Source of the DNA: Promethearchaeota archaeon
GTDB lineage: Archaea; Asgardarchaeota; Lokiarchaeia; Sigyniarchaeales; SOKP01
Assembly (NCBI GenBank): GCA_030599585.1
Contig: JAUVNS010000006.1
Coordinates: 1 to 64,000 of the forward strand
DNA: 64,000 nucleotides
Direction of reading: 5' to 3'
Below the pieces are notes generated by a model. That model was given only the letters and a program-made list of their open reading frames with translations. It was not told the DNA's origin and made no database searches. Below are positions 9,041 through 17,929 of the stretch, piece after piece (the first letter of the stretch is position 1; every line of letters begins with the position of its first letter). The position numbers and the translations under genes were made by a program.

Positions 9041-10405
9041 ATGATTGAAAAGGGAGATTCAAATAGGAAGGGATTATGTGAGGATGTAATCGAGCAAGTT
9101 AAAGAGGAGGATATCAAATTTATATACCTCCAATTTACGGATATTCATGGGTTAATTAAATCCTTTGAAATTAACTCAAAGAGAATTGAGGAATGTTTTG
9201 AAATAGGCGAAGGTTTTGATGGGAGCTCTATAACCGGGTATGGGGCGATTGAGGAATCTGATAAAGTTGCTTTGCCTGATCCAAGCACTTTTTATGTATT
9301 GCCCTGGCGAAATAATGCCATGAATAATCGAGCAGCCAGAGTCATTTGTGATATTTATTCACCTGAGGGTGAACGATATGAGGGGGACCCGCGCTACATT
9401 CTCCAGAAAGCTGTTAAAAAAGCGAAACAACATGGATTTGAATACATTTGTGCTCCTGAGATGGAATTTTTTATGTTAAATCAAGAACATCAGCAGGCTA
9501 ACTTTAAACCATCTGATATGAGAGGATATTTTGATTACGATCCATACGACATTAACGAACGCATGCGCTACACGATTGCGGAATATTGCGACAAAATGGG
9601 AATAGAAATTGAAAAACTACATCACGAGGTGGCTTTTGGCCAACACGAAGTTGATTTTCGCTACGATAAAGCAGTTGTAAGTGCGGACAATACAATTACG
9701 ATAAAAACGATAATTAAAATTGTAGCAGCTCAAAATAATATGACGGCAACCTTCATGCCCAAACCGTTTGATGGGATAAACGGTTCTGGAATGCACTGTC
9801 ATCAGAGCCTTTGGAAAGATAGAAAGAACATATTTTATGACGAATCAGATCCAGCTTATATATCTTTGACAATGAAAAAATGGATTGCGGGTCAGTTACA
9901 TCATGCTAAAGCTATGTGCGCTGTTTTAAGTAGTTGGCCAAACTCATACAAAAGATTAGTTCCGGGATACGAAGCTCCCGTGTATATAGCATGGGGATTC
10001 CGGAATAGGTCCCCATTAATTCGGGTTCCAGACTTCCATGGAAAGCCAAGTGCCGCTAGATGCGAGATTCGTTGTCCAGATCCAGCCGGTAATCCATATT
10101 TACAGTTTGCTGTTCTTTTGAGCACAGGATTATATGGACTTTTATCTGAAGACCTTGAACTTTTTGAACCTACAGATAGAAACGTGTATAATCTTACCTC
10201 GAAAGAAATGGAGAAGGAGGGAATTAATTCTTTACCTGGAAGCCTAATGGAAGCACTGAAGGAATTTAAGAATTCTGAACTTATGAAGGAAATCTTCGGG
10301 GAACAACCATTTAAAAACTTTTATTACGCAAAATTGGAAGAAAACGACGCATACAGATTAGTTGTCTCTGAATGGGAAAGAAATAGATATATAACTCGTT
10401 TATAA
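9041..10405 (+). CDS. glnA: Glutamine synthetase type I
   Basis: FDGSSI, PEMEFF, HHEVA.GQHE, FMPKP..GINGSGMHCHQS, NSYKRLVPGYEAP, NRS..IR, EIRCPDP..NPY. Confidence 0.97.
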   Translation: MIEKGDSNRKGLCEDVIEQVKEEDIKFIYLQFTDIHGLIKSFEINSKRIEECFEIGEGFDGSSITGYGAIEESDKVALPDPSTFYVLPWRNNAMNNRAARVICDIYSPEGERYEGDPRYILQKAVKKAKQHGFEYICAPEMEFFMLNQEHQQANFKPSDMRGYFDYDPYDINERMRYTIAEYCDKMGIEIEKLHHEVAFGQHEVDFRYDKAVVSADNTITIKTIIKIVAAQNNMTATFMPKPFDGINGSGMHCHQSLWKDRKNIFYDESDPAYISLTMKKWIAGQLHHAKAMCAVLSSWPNSYKRLVPGYEAPVYIAWGFRNRSPLIRVPDFHGKPSAARCEIRCPDPAGNPYLQFAVLLSTGLYGLLSEDLELFEPTDRNVYNLTSKEMEKEGINSLPGSLMEALKEFKNSELMKEIFGEQPFKNFYYAKLEENDAYRLVVSEWERNRYITRL

Positions 10406-10533
10406 TTTTTCATTTTATTTTTATAATTTAATTTTAAGAGTACTTGAAAATTAGGTTCTAAATTTATATAGCAATTGGATGTAGCGGTAAAAATATCCAT
10501 GTTTTTTTTCCTTTTATTTTCCATTATAATTTA

Positions 10534-11103
10534 TTACAACTGAAGAGATTTAGCAACTCTTAGAACATTAGAGCCAAGTACTTCTGCTTGGTCTAAGCGA
10601 TTTTTTTGGTTCAAAATATCACTTGGTTTGTCTGCTACAGCAGTTACTCCGTTTAACTCGCCAGGAACACAGATAACCCCACACGAGAGCATCCATCTAT
10701 AAATTGCATTAATTACAATTGTTTGACCACCACTCGTTCCTCTACCAACTGCAATAGCGCCACCCGGTTTTCCTGCTAAAGGTTTTTCACTTTCTACCGC
10801 ATAGTGCCTATCAAGAATGGAGAGTAATTGAGGACTCACATTCCGATAGTAAACTGGACTTGAAATTACGATGGCATTGCACCATCGAAACGCATCATAA
10901 ATACGTTGCATATCATCGTCAGTAGTACAAGAGCCAATTTCCTGGCATGAGTCACAAGCTTTACAAGGATTAATTGTTAATTCACTAACTAGATAAATAT
11001 TTACATTCCACCCATCATTTTCAAAAGGTTTTAAAGCGTGCCTTAAGAGAATTTCACTGTTACCATTCTTTCTAGGAGTTCCTGATATCCCTATAACATT
11101 CAT
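10534..11103 (-). CDS. Iron-sulfur flavoprotein / flavodoxin-like NAD(P)H-dependent FMN reductase
   Basis: GTPRKNGNS, CKACDSC...C, SPVYY. Confidence 0.9.
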   Translation of the reverse strand: MNVIGISGTPRKNGNSEILLRHALKPFENDGWNVNIYLVSELTINPCKACDSCQEIGSCTTDDDMQRIYDAFRWCNAIVISSPVYYRNVSPQLLSILDRHYAVESEKPLAGKPGGAIAVGRGTSGGQTIVINAIYRWMLSCGVICVPGELNGVTAVADKPSDILNQKNRLDQAEVLGSNVLRVAKSLQL

Positions 11104-11127
11104 AATTATTTGGCCAATGAATGAACT

Positions 11128-11143
11128 ATGTAAATTGTTACAT
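11128..11143. promoter_or_regulatory. Inverted repeat ATGTAA-N4-TTACAT, operator candidate
   Basis: Perfect 6-bp arms 25-40 nt upstream of the flavoprotein start. Confidence 0.4.
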
Positions 11144-11242
11144 CCAAATTAATTAATAAAGTTTCAATATAATTTCTTCTTTCTAATTAGAATTTACATT
11201 TTAAGTAAATAAAAAGGTTTTAAGATAAGGATTAGTATCTTT

Positions 11243-13048
11243 TTAGCTCTTTATTTTGCCCATCTCTTCAACATACTCTAAAGATTGGTGTCTAAAATAT
11301 GTGTTATATAAATTAGCGTATGTTCCTCCACGTTTCATCAGTTCGTCGTGATTACCTTCCTCAACTATTTTCCCGTGATCTATAACTATAATTCTATCAA
11401 CTCGTCTAACAGTCCATAACCGGTGAGCAATAATTATTGATGTTCTCCCTTTTATCGTTTTTTCGAGGGCATCTTGAATTTGGGTCTCAGTGAAGGGATC
11501 TACAGAAGCAGTCGCTTCGTCTAAAATTAGAATTGAAGGGTTTTCTAACAAAACTCGAGCAAAAACAACTAACTGGCGCTGTCCCATTGAGAGGAGGGAG
11601 CCTCTTTCGCGAACATTTGTTTTTAATCCTTCAGGAAGGTTTTTAACCCACTTAGAGCCACCACTAATTTCCAAAGCGTGCATTACATCCTCTTTTGAAG
11701 CATTTTCATACCCATATTTGATATTATTTTCAACGGTATCCGCCCATAGGAATGGAGTTTGTGGGATTATACCAATGTGTTTTCTATACTCCGTAAGATC
11801 ATATTCTCTTATGCTTTTCCCATCAACTAAGATATCTCCACTTTGAAATTCATAAAAACGAGCAATAAGTTTAGCTATACTTGATTTACCCGCTCCAGTA
11901 TGACCTACAAGGGCTATAGACTCTCCTGGATTAACCCGAAGTGAAAAATTATCGAAAATTAATCTACTCTCATCGTATTGAAATGTTAAATTTTTGAACT
12001 CTATTTCACCTTTCAATGTAGTAGGTTTAATGTTATTTGTCTGAACAACAAGAGGTAAAGTATCAATTATTGCAAAAATTCTCTCCGAAGCTGCCATACC
12101 AGTCTGAAACATAGGCCAGAAAGATGCTATAATGAGTAAGGGGAAAAATAATAGAGAGATGCTTTGAATGAAGAGAACTAATTCTCCTATTCCAACAAAT
12201 CCTTCGGTTACCAAGATACTTCCTATTAAAATTAACAACATCGTGACAAAACCTTGAATTAGACCAAGAGTAGGAAAGATAGCGTTCAACAAGAATGCTC
12301 TTTTTAAATTCACTCTATAAGATTGGTTATTCACAGTAAGGAAGTCATCGTAGACTTTTTTTTCTCGCCTAAAGGTTTTTGCTATTTGGATACCAGAAAA
12401 ACTTTCTTTTGTATACGCGTTTACTGAAGCTAAGGCACGTTGTCCAAGTAGAGTCATTTTTCTCGCAAATTTCCTAAATGTCATTGCTGCTACAAAAAAT
12501 AATGGGAGCGAAACAAGAAGAACTAATGTTAGCACCACATCCACAGTAAACATCACAATGATTAAAATTGTTAAGACTACAACAGAGGAAATTACCTCAA
12601 TTGACAATTCCACTGTCTCTCCGAAATCACGAGAATCAGTGTTAATTCTTGAAACTATTTTTCCTAAGGGATTTTTATCAAAGAAAGATAAATCGTGATT
12701 TACGACTGATTTGTGAGCGTCCTGTCTTATATCTAACACTACACTTCCAATTACTTTAGTAGAATATATTTGTCTAATATAATTAAAAACCCAACTTGAA
12801 ATGTTAAAGATAAAAATGATCAAGATTAAAAATAAGATCAAAATTAAATCTGGAGATGTTTCTAAATTACTAATAATTATAGAAGTGATTATAGGTTGAA
12901 AAGCGTAAGTAAGCGATGAAATTGATAGGAAGAATATAACAAGAATCATTGCTCGTTTATAAGGCGAGAAATAAGAGACAATTCGTTTCAATAAGTCTTT
13001 ATCTTGATATTTTCGATCGTATTCTTCTGCTTCAAGTCCTACCCACAA
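11243..13048 (-). CDS. ABC exporter TMD-NBD subunit (consensus Walker B, deviant signature)
   Basis: 6-TM domain, GHTGAGKS, LSMGQ, ILDEAT, AHR; GGAGGTGA SD with TTG start. Confidence 0.93.
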   Translation of the reverse strand: MWVGLEAEEYDRKYQDKDLLKRIVSYFSPYKRAMILVIFFLSISSLTYAFQPIITSIIISNLETSPDLILILFLILIIFIFNISSWVFNYIRQIYSTKVIGSVVLDIRQDAHKSVVNHDLSFFDKNPLGKIVSRINTDSRDFGETVELSIEVISSVVVLTILIIVMFTVDVVLTLVLLVSLPLFFVAAMTFRKFARKMTLLGQRALASVNAYTKESFSGIQIAKTFRREKKVYDDFLTVNNQSYRVNLKRAFLLNAIFPTLGLIQGFVTMLLILIGSILVTEGFVGIGELVLFIQSISLLFFPLLIIASFWPMFQTGMAASERIFAIIDTLPLVVQTNNIKPTTLKGEIEFKNLTFQYDESRLIFDNFSLRVNPGESIALVGHTGAGKSSIAKLIARFYEFQSGDILVDGKSIREYDLTEYRKHIGIIPQTPFLWADTVENNIKYGYENASKEDVMHALEISGGSKWVKNLPEGLKTNVRERGSLLSMGQRQLVVFARVLLENPSILILDEATASVDPFTETQIQDALEKTIKGRTSIIIAHRLWTVRRVDRIIVIDHGKIVEEGNHDELMKRGGTYANLYNTYFRHQSLEYVEEMGKIKS

Positions 13049-13049
13049 A

Positions 13050-14882
13050 CTATTTTCTCACCTCCTTAAGCAATTGATCTTCTTCGATATCGAATTTCTT
13101 TACGAAAATTTTGCGATAATCTTCAGATGTCTTTAATAATTCTTCATGGTTCCCTTTAGCAACTATTTCACCATTCTCTAAAACTAAAATTAAATCTGCC
13201 CACCTAATTTGAGATAATCGGTGTGTTATTAAAATTGTAGTGCGATTTTTAAGAATGTTTTTAATTGCAAACTGAATTTTGTCCTCTGTGTTAGAGTCAA
13301 TAGCGGAAGTTGAATCGTCTAAGATAAGAATACGGGGATCCGACAAAAAAGCTCGTGCGATGGCAATCCTTTGTCTTTCTCCCCCACTAAGTTGAACCCC
13401 CCTTTCTCCTACCTTCGATTGATATTCTTCAGGCAGCTCACTGATAAAATCATGAGCTTGTGCTTGTTGAGCTACATTAATAACTTGCTCCAATGAACTT
13501 ACTCGCCCAAAAGAGATATTATCAAAAATAGTAGTAGAGAATAAGAATACATCTTGTTCAATATAAGATATTTGATCTCTTAAGGATTGTAAGGAGTAAT
13601 CCCGAATATCGCTCCCATCAACTAATATTCTACCATTAGAAACATCGTAAAGTCGCGAGATTAATTTAGTTAACGTTGTTTTTCCAGATCCAGTTGTGCC
13701 GACTATGGCAACTGTTTGTCCAGCTTGAACTTCAAATGAAATATCTTTTAACACCGGTGTTTTACTACCAGGATAAGTAAACTCTACATTCTCAAATGTG
13801 ATATTTCCTTCGAAAACATTTTCTTTGCCTTCTTTGTTTTCATTAATCTCAGTCTTTTTATTCATTAACTCAAGTAGTCTATCAGCACTTGATCCAGCTA
13901 AACGAAATATAGCAAACACAAACATAGAAATGTTTGTAGGAAAACGTAACAATCCCAAAATTCCTAAAAAAGCAATAATTTGCCCAATATTCATCAATCC
14001 GAAATTAAATAACACAACACTATGCGTGAAACCTGCAGTTATAACTAATGCCAAAACTAAAATCGGAAGATACTTTGCTTGTAATTTTCCTCGCTCGATA
14101 AACGCTTCTTTATAATTTTTAGCGTGTTTATAATATTTTTTCATCTCTTTTTCTTCTTGGACTGTAGCTTTTACTACTTCGATACCCGATAAGGTCTCGC
14201 TTAAAGTAGCAGTCATTTTACCAAAATTTCCCCTTAAACGGCCAGTTATAGGTCCAATGTTGCGTGAATATGACCTCAATAAGATAAGAAATGAAATAGA
14301 AAAGAATATAGGTTCAATTATTAACTGAAAAGGGTAATATAGAATGATGTAAATAACTGGAATAAATAAATACGTAAAGGATTCTACTATTAATGAGAGA
14401 GCAGGGCTAATCAAGAAATTCAACATCCGAACGTCATCAGTTACTCTCGCCATTAACTCTCCAATTTTCATTTGCTCGTGAAAAGATTGACTTTTTCCTA
14501 ATAGATTTGTAAAAAACTCTTTTCGCGCGTCTCTCTCTGTCCTCTGCGCTAAAATCTCTATTAACATTCGGCTTAGAATTCTCAAAATAGGACCCGTTAT
14601 CCCTAATATAAGCAAAATTAAAATGTAATTTCCTAATAATGCAGTTAATCCACTCAGCAATGCTGATATTGTTTCGCCAATTATAATATATATGATAGAG
14701 GATAAATTAGCAGAAAGGATAATTGTAAAAATTATGATTATGATGAAAAATTTGTTAGAGCCGTGAAATAAATGAGCTAAAATCCATCTAGTAGCTCCTT
14801 TTTTCCGCGCTTTAATATAAGAATCTTTACCTGGAGAAAACTCCACAACCGGTTCAGAATCTAATTTTTTTTTGGTCAGCAT
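13050..14882 (-). CDS. ABC exporter TMD-NBD subunit (degenerate Walker B); heterodimer partner of 11243..13048
   Basis: GTTGSGKT, LSGGE, ILDDST (catalytic E to D); asymmetric pair of the TM287/288 type. Confidence 0.93.
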   Translation of the reverse strand: MLTKKKLDSEPVVEFSPGKDSYIKARKKGATRWILAHLFHGSNKFFIIIIIFTIILSANLSSIIYIIIGETISALLSGLTALLGNYILILLILGITGPILRILSRMLIEILAQRTERDARKEFFTNLLGKSQSFHEQMKIGELMARVTDDVRMLNFLISPALSLIVESFTYLFIPVIYIILYYPFQLIIEPIFFSISFLILLRSYSRNIGPITGRLRGNFGKMTATLSETLSGIEVVKATVQEEKEMKKYYKHAKNYKEAFIERGKLQAKYLPILVLALVITAGFTHSVVLFNFGLMNIGQIIAFLGILGLLRFPTNISMFVFAIFRLAGSSADRLLELMNKKTEINENKEGKENVFEGNITFENVEFTYPGSKTPVLKDISFEVQAGQTVAIVGTTGSGKTTLTKLISRLYDVSNGRILVDGSDIRDYSLQSLRDQISYIEQDVFLFSTTIFDNISFGRVSSLEQVINVAQQAQAHDFISELPEEYQSKVGERGVQLSGGERQRIAIARAFLSDPRILILDDSTSAIDSNTEDKIQFAIKNILKNRTTILITHRLSQIRWADLILVLENGEIVAKGNHEELLKTSEDYRKIFVKKFDIEEDQLLKEVRK

Positions 14883-15029
14883 CTTTCAATTTCAACAATT
14901 ATAATTGACAAAAAGCTAATACGCAATTTTCAAATATAAATTAGAAAATTAAGCATTCGTTAATAGAATTTGTACCTATAACCTATAAATGAAGATTAAC
15001 AAAGATGGGATGCACTTCAAAAAATAAAA

Positions 15030-15227
15030 TCAGGTTTTATTATTATTGTTTTTAATGTTTCTTATAAAATTGAGTTTTTCAGATATTGCGAGAATTTGGT
15101 CAGACTCGAGGGTTTTAATATCATCTTTTTCAAATTCTAATCTGCATTCTGGGCAATCAATGGTATCGCCCATATCAATCATTTTATTGCCCTTGCATCT
15201 CGGGCAGACGTTAAACTTACTTTCCAT
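15030..15227 (-). CDS. Small zinc-finger protein
   Basis: CPRC...CPEC in 65 aa, with a TATA box upstream. Confidence 0.75.
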   Translation of the reverse strand: MESKFNVCPRCKGNKMIDMGDTIDCPECRLEFEKDDIKTLESDQILAISEKLNFIRNIKNNNNKT

Positions 15228-15351
15228 TTTGAAAGGATTCTTTGATGTCTACTTATATAAAAAAAGAGATACATTCCAGTTATATAAAAGTATCTTAAAC
15301 TTTAGATTTTAAACGATAAAATCTCCAATTTGGGATTTATGAATTTTTAAA

Positions 15352-15397
15352 ATATAGAGAATATAGAGAAAATATATATAATTAGAGAATTCTATAT
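15352..15397. promoter_or_regulatory. ATATAGAGA direct repeats plus inverted TCTATAT upstream of phoU
   Basis: ATATAGAGA at 15352 and 15361, ATTAGAGA at 15381, TCTATAT at 15391, flanking a TATA-like run. Confidence 0.5.
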
Positions 15398-15430
15398 ATA
15401 AGTTACACATTTAAAAGAGAAGAAAAAGTT

Positions 15431-16429
15431 ATGTCATTCAATATTGAAACAAGAAAAGTTCAGAAAACTGGTGGCTCCACCTATATCATTAGTCTACCAA
15501 GAGAATGGATTAATAAGCACGGAATTCAGGTTAAAGATACAATTGGAATCTTGTCACAACCAGATGGTAATTTGCTTATTACTCCCTACATAAGTTCAGA
15601 AAAGCTTATAAAAGAAAAGAAGTTTGATGTCGACGAGATTAAAAACTCTGATTTTTTATTCAGATTGTTAATTGGGGCTTATATCATGGGGTATAACATA
15701 ATAGAAGTGAGATCGAGTAAAAAATTCGAGTCAGTTATAAGAGATACGGTAAGAAACTTCAGTAAAATTACTATCGGGACTGAAATTATGGAAGAATCGG
15801 ATAATATTATTATAATAAAAGATTTACTTGACCCAAAAGAAATGCCGTTTGAGAAGACCATAAAAAGAATGTATATTTTAGCTAATAGTATGCACGAGGA
15901 CGCACTGAAAGCTCTTGAGACGGGAGCTAAAAAGCTTGCAGAAAAAGTAATTGAAAGCGACGATGATATTGATAGATTGAATTGGCTAGTTGAGCGCCAA
16001 GCTCATATTGTATTACGCGATATTATTTTGTGTCAAAAATTGGATATTACATTAGAAGATGCTAGTAATTACAAATTTATAAGCAGATTTTTAGAACGAA
16101 TAGGTGATCACGCCGTAAAAATAGCTAAAAATGTAATACTAATAGACTATCAAAAAATCGATAAGGAATTATACAATAACATTATGAAAGCAAGCGAAAT
16201 CTCATTAGACTTACTGAATATGAGTTTAGATGCCTGGCTCAAAAAGGATTTAAATTTAGCAAATGAAAATATTGAATCGATAAAAAGGTTAACAAAAGCG
16301 TGTAACGCCATTAAAATTAGCCCTAACTCAGAATACCTTGTAGAAATAGGGTTTATTATTGAGAGCATAAGGAGAACGGGCGAGTATTCATCAGATATTT
16401 CAGAAATTATTATAAACAATTTGATTTGA
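15431..16429 (+). CDS. phoU: Archaeal phosphate uptake regulator (AbrB DNA-binding domain + PhoU repeats)
   Basis: RKVQKTGGSTYIISLPREW, DDDIDRL, LERIGDHA, IRRTGEY. Confidence 0.93.
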   Translation: MSFNIETRKVQKTGGSTYIISLPREWINKHGIQVKDTIGILSQPDGNLLITPYISSEKLIKEKKFDVDEIKNSDFLFRLLIGAYIMGYNIIEVRSSKKFESVIRDTVRNFSKITIGTEIMEESDNIIIIKDLLDPKEMPFEKTIKRMYILANSMHEDALKALETGAKKLAEKVIESDDDIDRLNWLVERQAHIVLRDIILCQKLDITLEDASNYKFISRFLERIGDHAVKIAKNVILIDYQKIDKELYNNIMKASEISLDLLNMSLDAWLKKDLNLANENIESIKRLTKACNAIKISPNSEYLVEIGFIIESIRRTGEYSSDISEIIINNLI

Positions 16430-16435
16430 ACTTGT

Positions 16436-16723
16436 TCATAATTTGATATCAAAGTTTTTTTTTGTGCTAATTAGGGTGGTTGTTGCATCGATCCACTCTT
16501 TCAAATCGTTGTCCGTCCTGAAAAACGATACTATCTCGTCCAAATCACTTAATTTGTTAAATACACACTCTATAATTAAATCCCATCCACCGTAAGTAGG
16601 TGATGAGTAAGTAATCTTCCAATTATGGCCTTCGATAGGGTGAAAATGTTTTAATTTCTCTACTATCTTCCACTGAGTTCCGATGATCTTCAAGCGAACT
16701 AAAATGTATCCTCGATAGTAAAT
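16436..16723 (-). CDS. Stand-alone Lrp/AsnC ligand-binding (RAM) domain protein; probable ATT start
   Basis: TYGGWDLII...IDATTTLI. The frame extends past the TTG at 16693 to IYYRGYILVRL (first beta-strand), is bounded by TAG and is preceded by GGGTG. Confidence 0.75.
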   Translation of the reverse strand: MYYRGYILVRLKIIGTQWKIVEKLKHFHPIEGHNWKITYSSPTYGGWDLIIECVFNKLSDLDEIVSFFRTDNDLKEWIDATTTLISTKKNFDIKL

Positions 16724-16942
16724 CTATTTGACACCCGATATTTTTGTTATCCTCACATTTAAACTGTTATCTACCAGTTATCTAAAGCAAACTTTAATTA
16801 CTATTTATTTTTTTTCATGGTTTTTATTAATGGTGAAATTAAATATTTACCAGTAATTTTTGAAGCAAACCTTTTATACTAGTATGTAAAATATTATTAT
16901 ACCTTAGTTTTTAGGAGAATCTAAAATAAAAAGTGAAAAATT

Positions 16943-17899
16943 ATGGAAGAAGATACGAAGAAAATAATTATATTTTTTTTAATCCTCGCTGGAGTAACAT
17001 TTGTACTTGGTTTAATTCTATTACTTCTTGGTCTAAATATCTGGTTTAACGAGATGTTTTATAGTAATGAAATTATGTATCTTATTTTTTCGTTAATAAC
17101 CGAGTTAGGGGACACACGAGTATATATTTTTCTAATTGTAATAGTTTGGTATGTGTATGATAAGAAATTTGCTAAAAACATGGCCTTTTCTTTATTAGGG
17201 TCATTCTTTGTAAATTTAATTGCAAAAGACATTGCTCGAGATCCAAGACCATATACCAATATTCGAGATAGTGAACCTGTTGCCGAGGGATTTGGTTTCC
17301 CTTCAGGTCACTCTCAACAAGCTGTTGCTACATATGGATATATTGCCTATGAAGCTCATGTTAAGAAAAGCAAAATCGTTTTTTGGATTTTTACAGTTTT
17401 AATATACCTCATAGCAGCTTCGAGAGTTATTATTGGGGTCCACGATTTACAAGATGTTTGGGGGGGATTAACATTTGGGTTCATATGGTTAATTCTGTAT
17501 ATTATCTTAGAACCTACAGTATCTGAAAAGATATCATCATTGTCTCTTACAATTAAACTCATTTTGGCAGTAGTAATTCCTATTATCTTATTCCTAATAG
17601 GAATCTATGCGTTTCCAAACCCAACAGGAGATTATGGAATGATGAGTGGCGCGATGATGGGAATAGGCTTAGGATATATACTTGAGGCGGAAAAAATAAA
17701 ATATGACCCAAGAGAGTTAAGTAATAAACAAAGAATCATAAATTTGGTCATTGGATTAGTGATTACATTAGTTCTTTACTTAGGTTTGAGTTTAGCGTTC
17801 CCAGAGTCCCAAATTATGGATTTATTGCAATACTTAATACTTTCATTTGCGCTTGTCACATTAGTACCATGGATTTTTACAAAAATTAAACGGGATTAA
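16943..17899 (+). CDS. PAP2 family membrane phosphatase
   Basis: Kx6RP (KDIARDPRP), PSGH, SRx5Hx3D; about 9 TM segments. Confidence 0.92.
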   Translation: MEEDTKKIIIFFLILAGVTFVLGLILLLLGLNIWFNEMFYSNEIMYLIFSLITELGDTRVYIFLIVIVWYVYDKKFAKNMAFSLLGSFFVNLIAKDIARDPRPYTNIRDSEPVAEGFGFPSGHSQQAVATYGYIAYEAHVKKSKIVFWIFTVLIYLIAASRVIIGVHDLQDVWGGLTFGFIWLILYIILEPTVSEKISSLSLTIKLILAVVIPIILFLIGIYAFPNPTGDYGMMSGAMMGIGLGYILEAEKIKYDPRELSNKQRIINLVIGLVITLVLYLGLSLAFPESQIMDLLQYLILSFALVTLVPWIFTKIKRD

Positions 17900-17929
17900 A
17901 AAATCAAATCAAAATTTTTTTTATTTTTA

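Noticed and set aside
11243-14882. Degenerate ABC motifs as a sign of inactivation or novelty
   Set aside because: One degenerate site is the established pattern for heterodimeric exporters.
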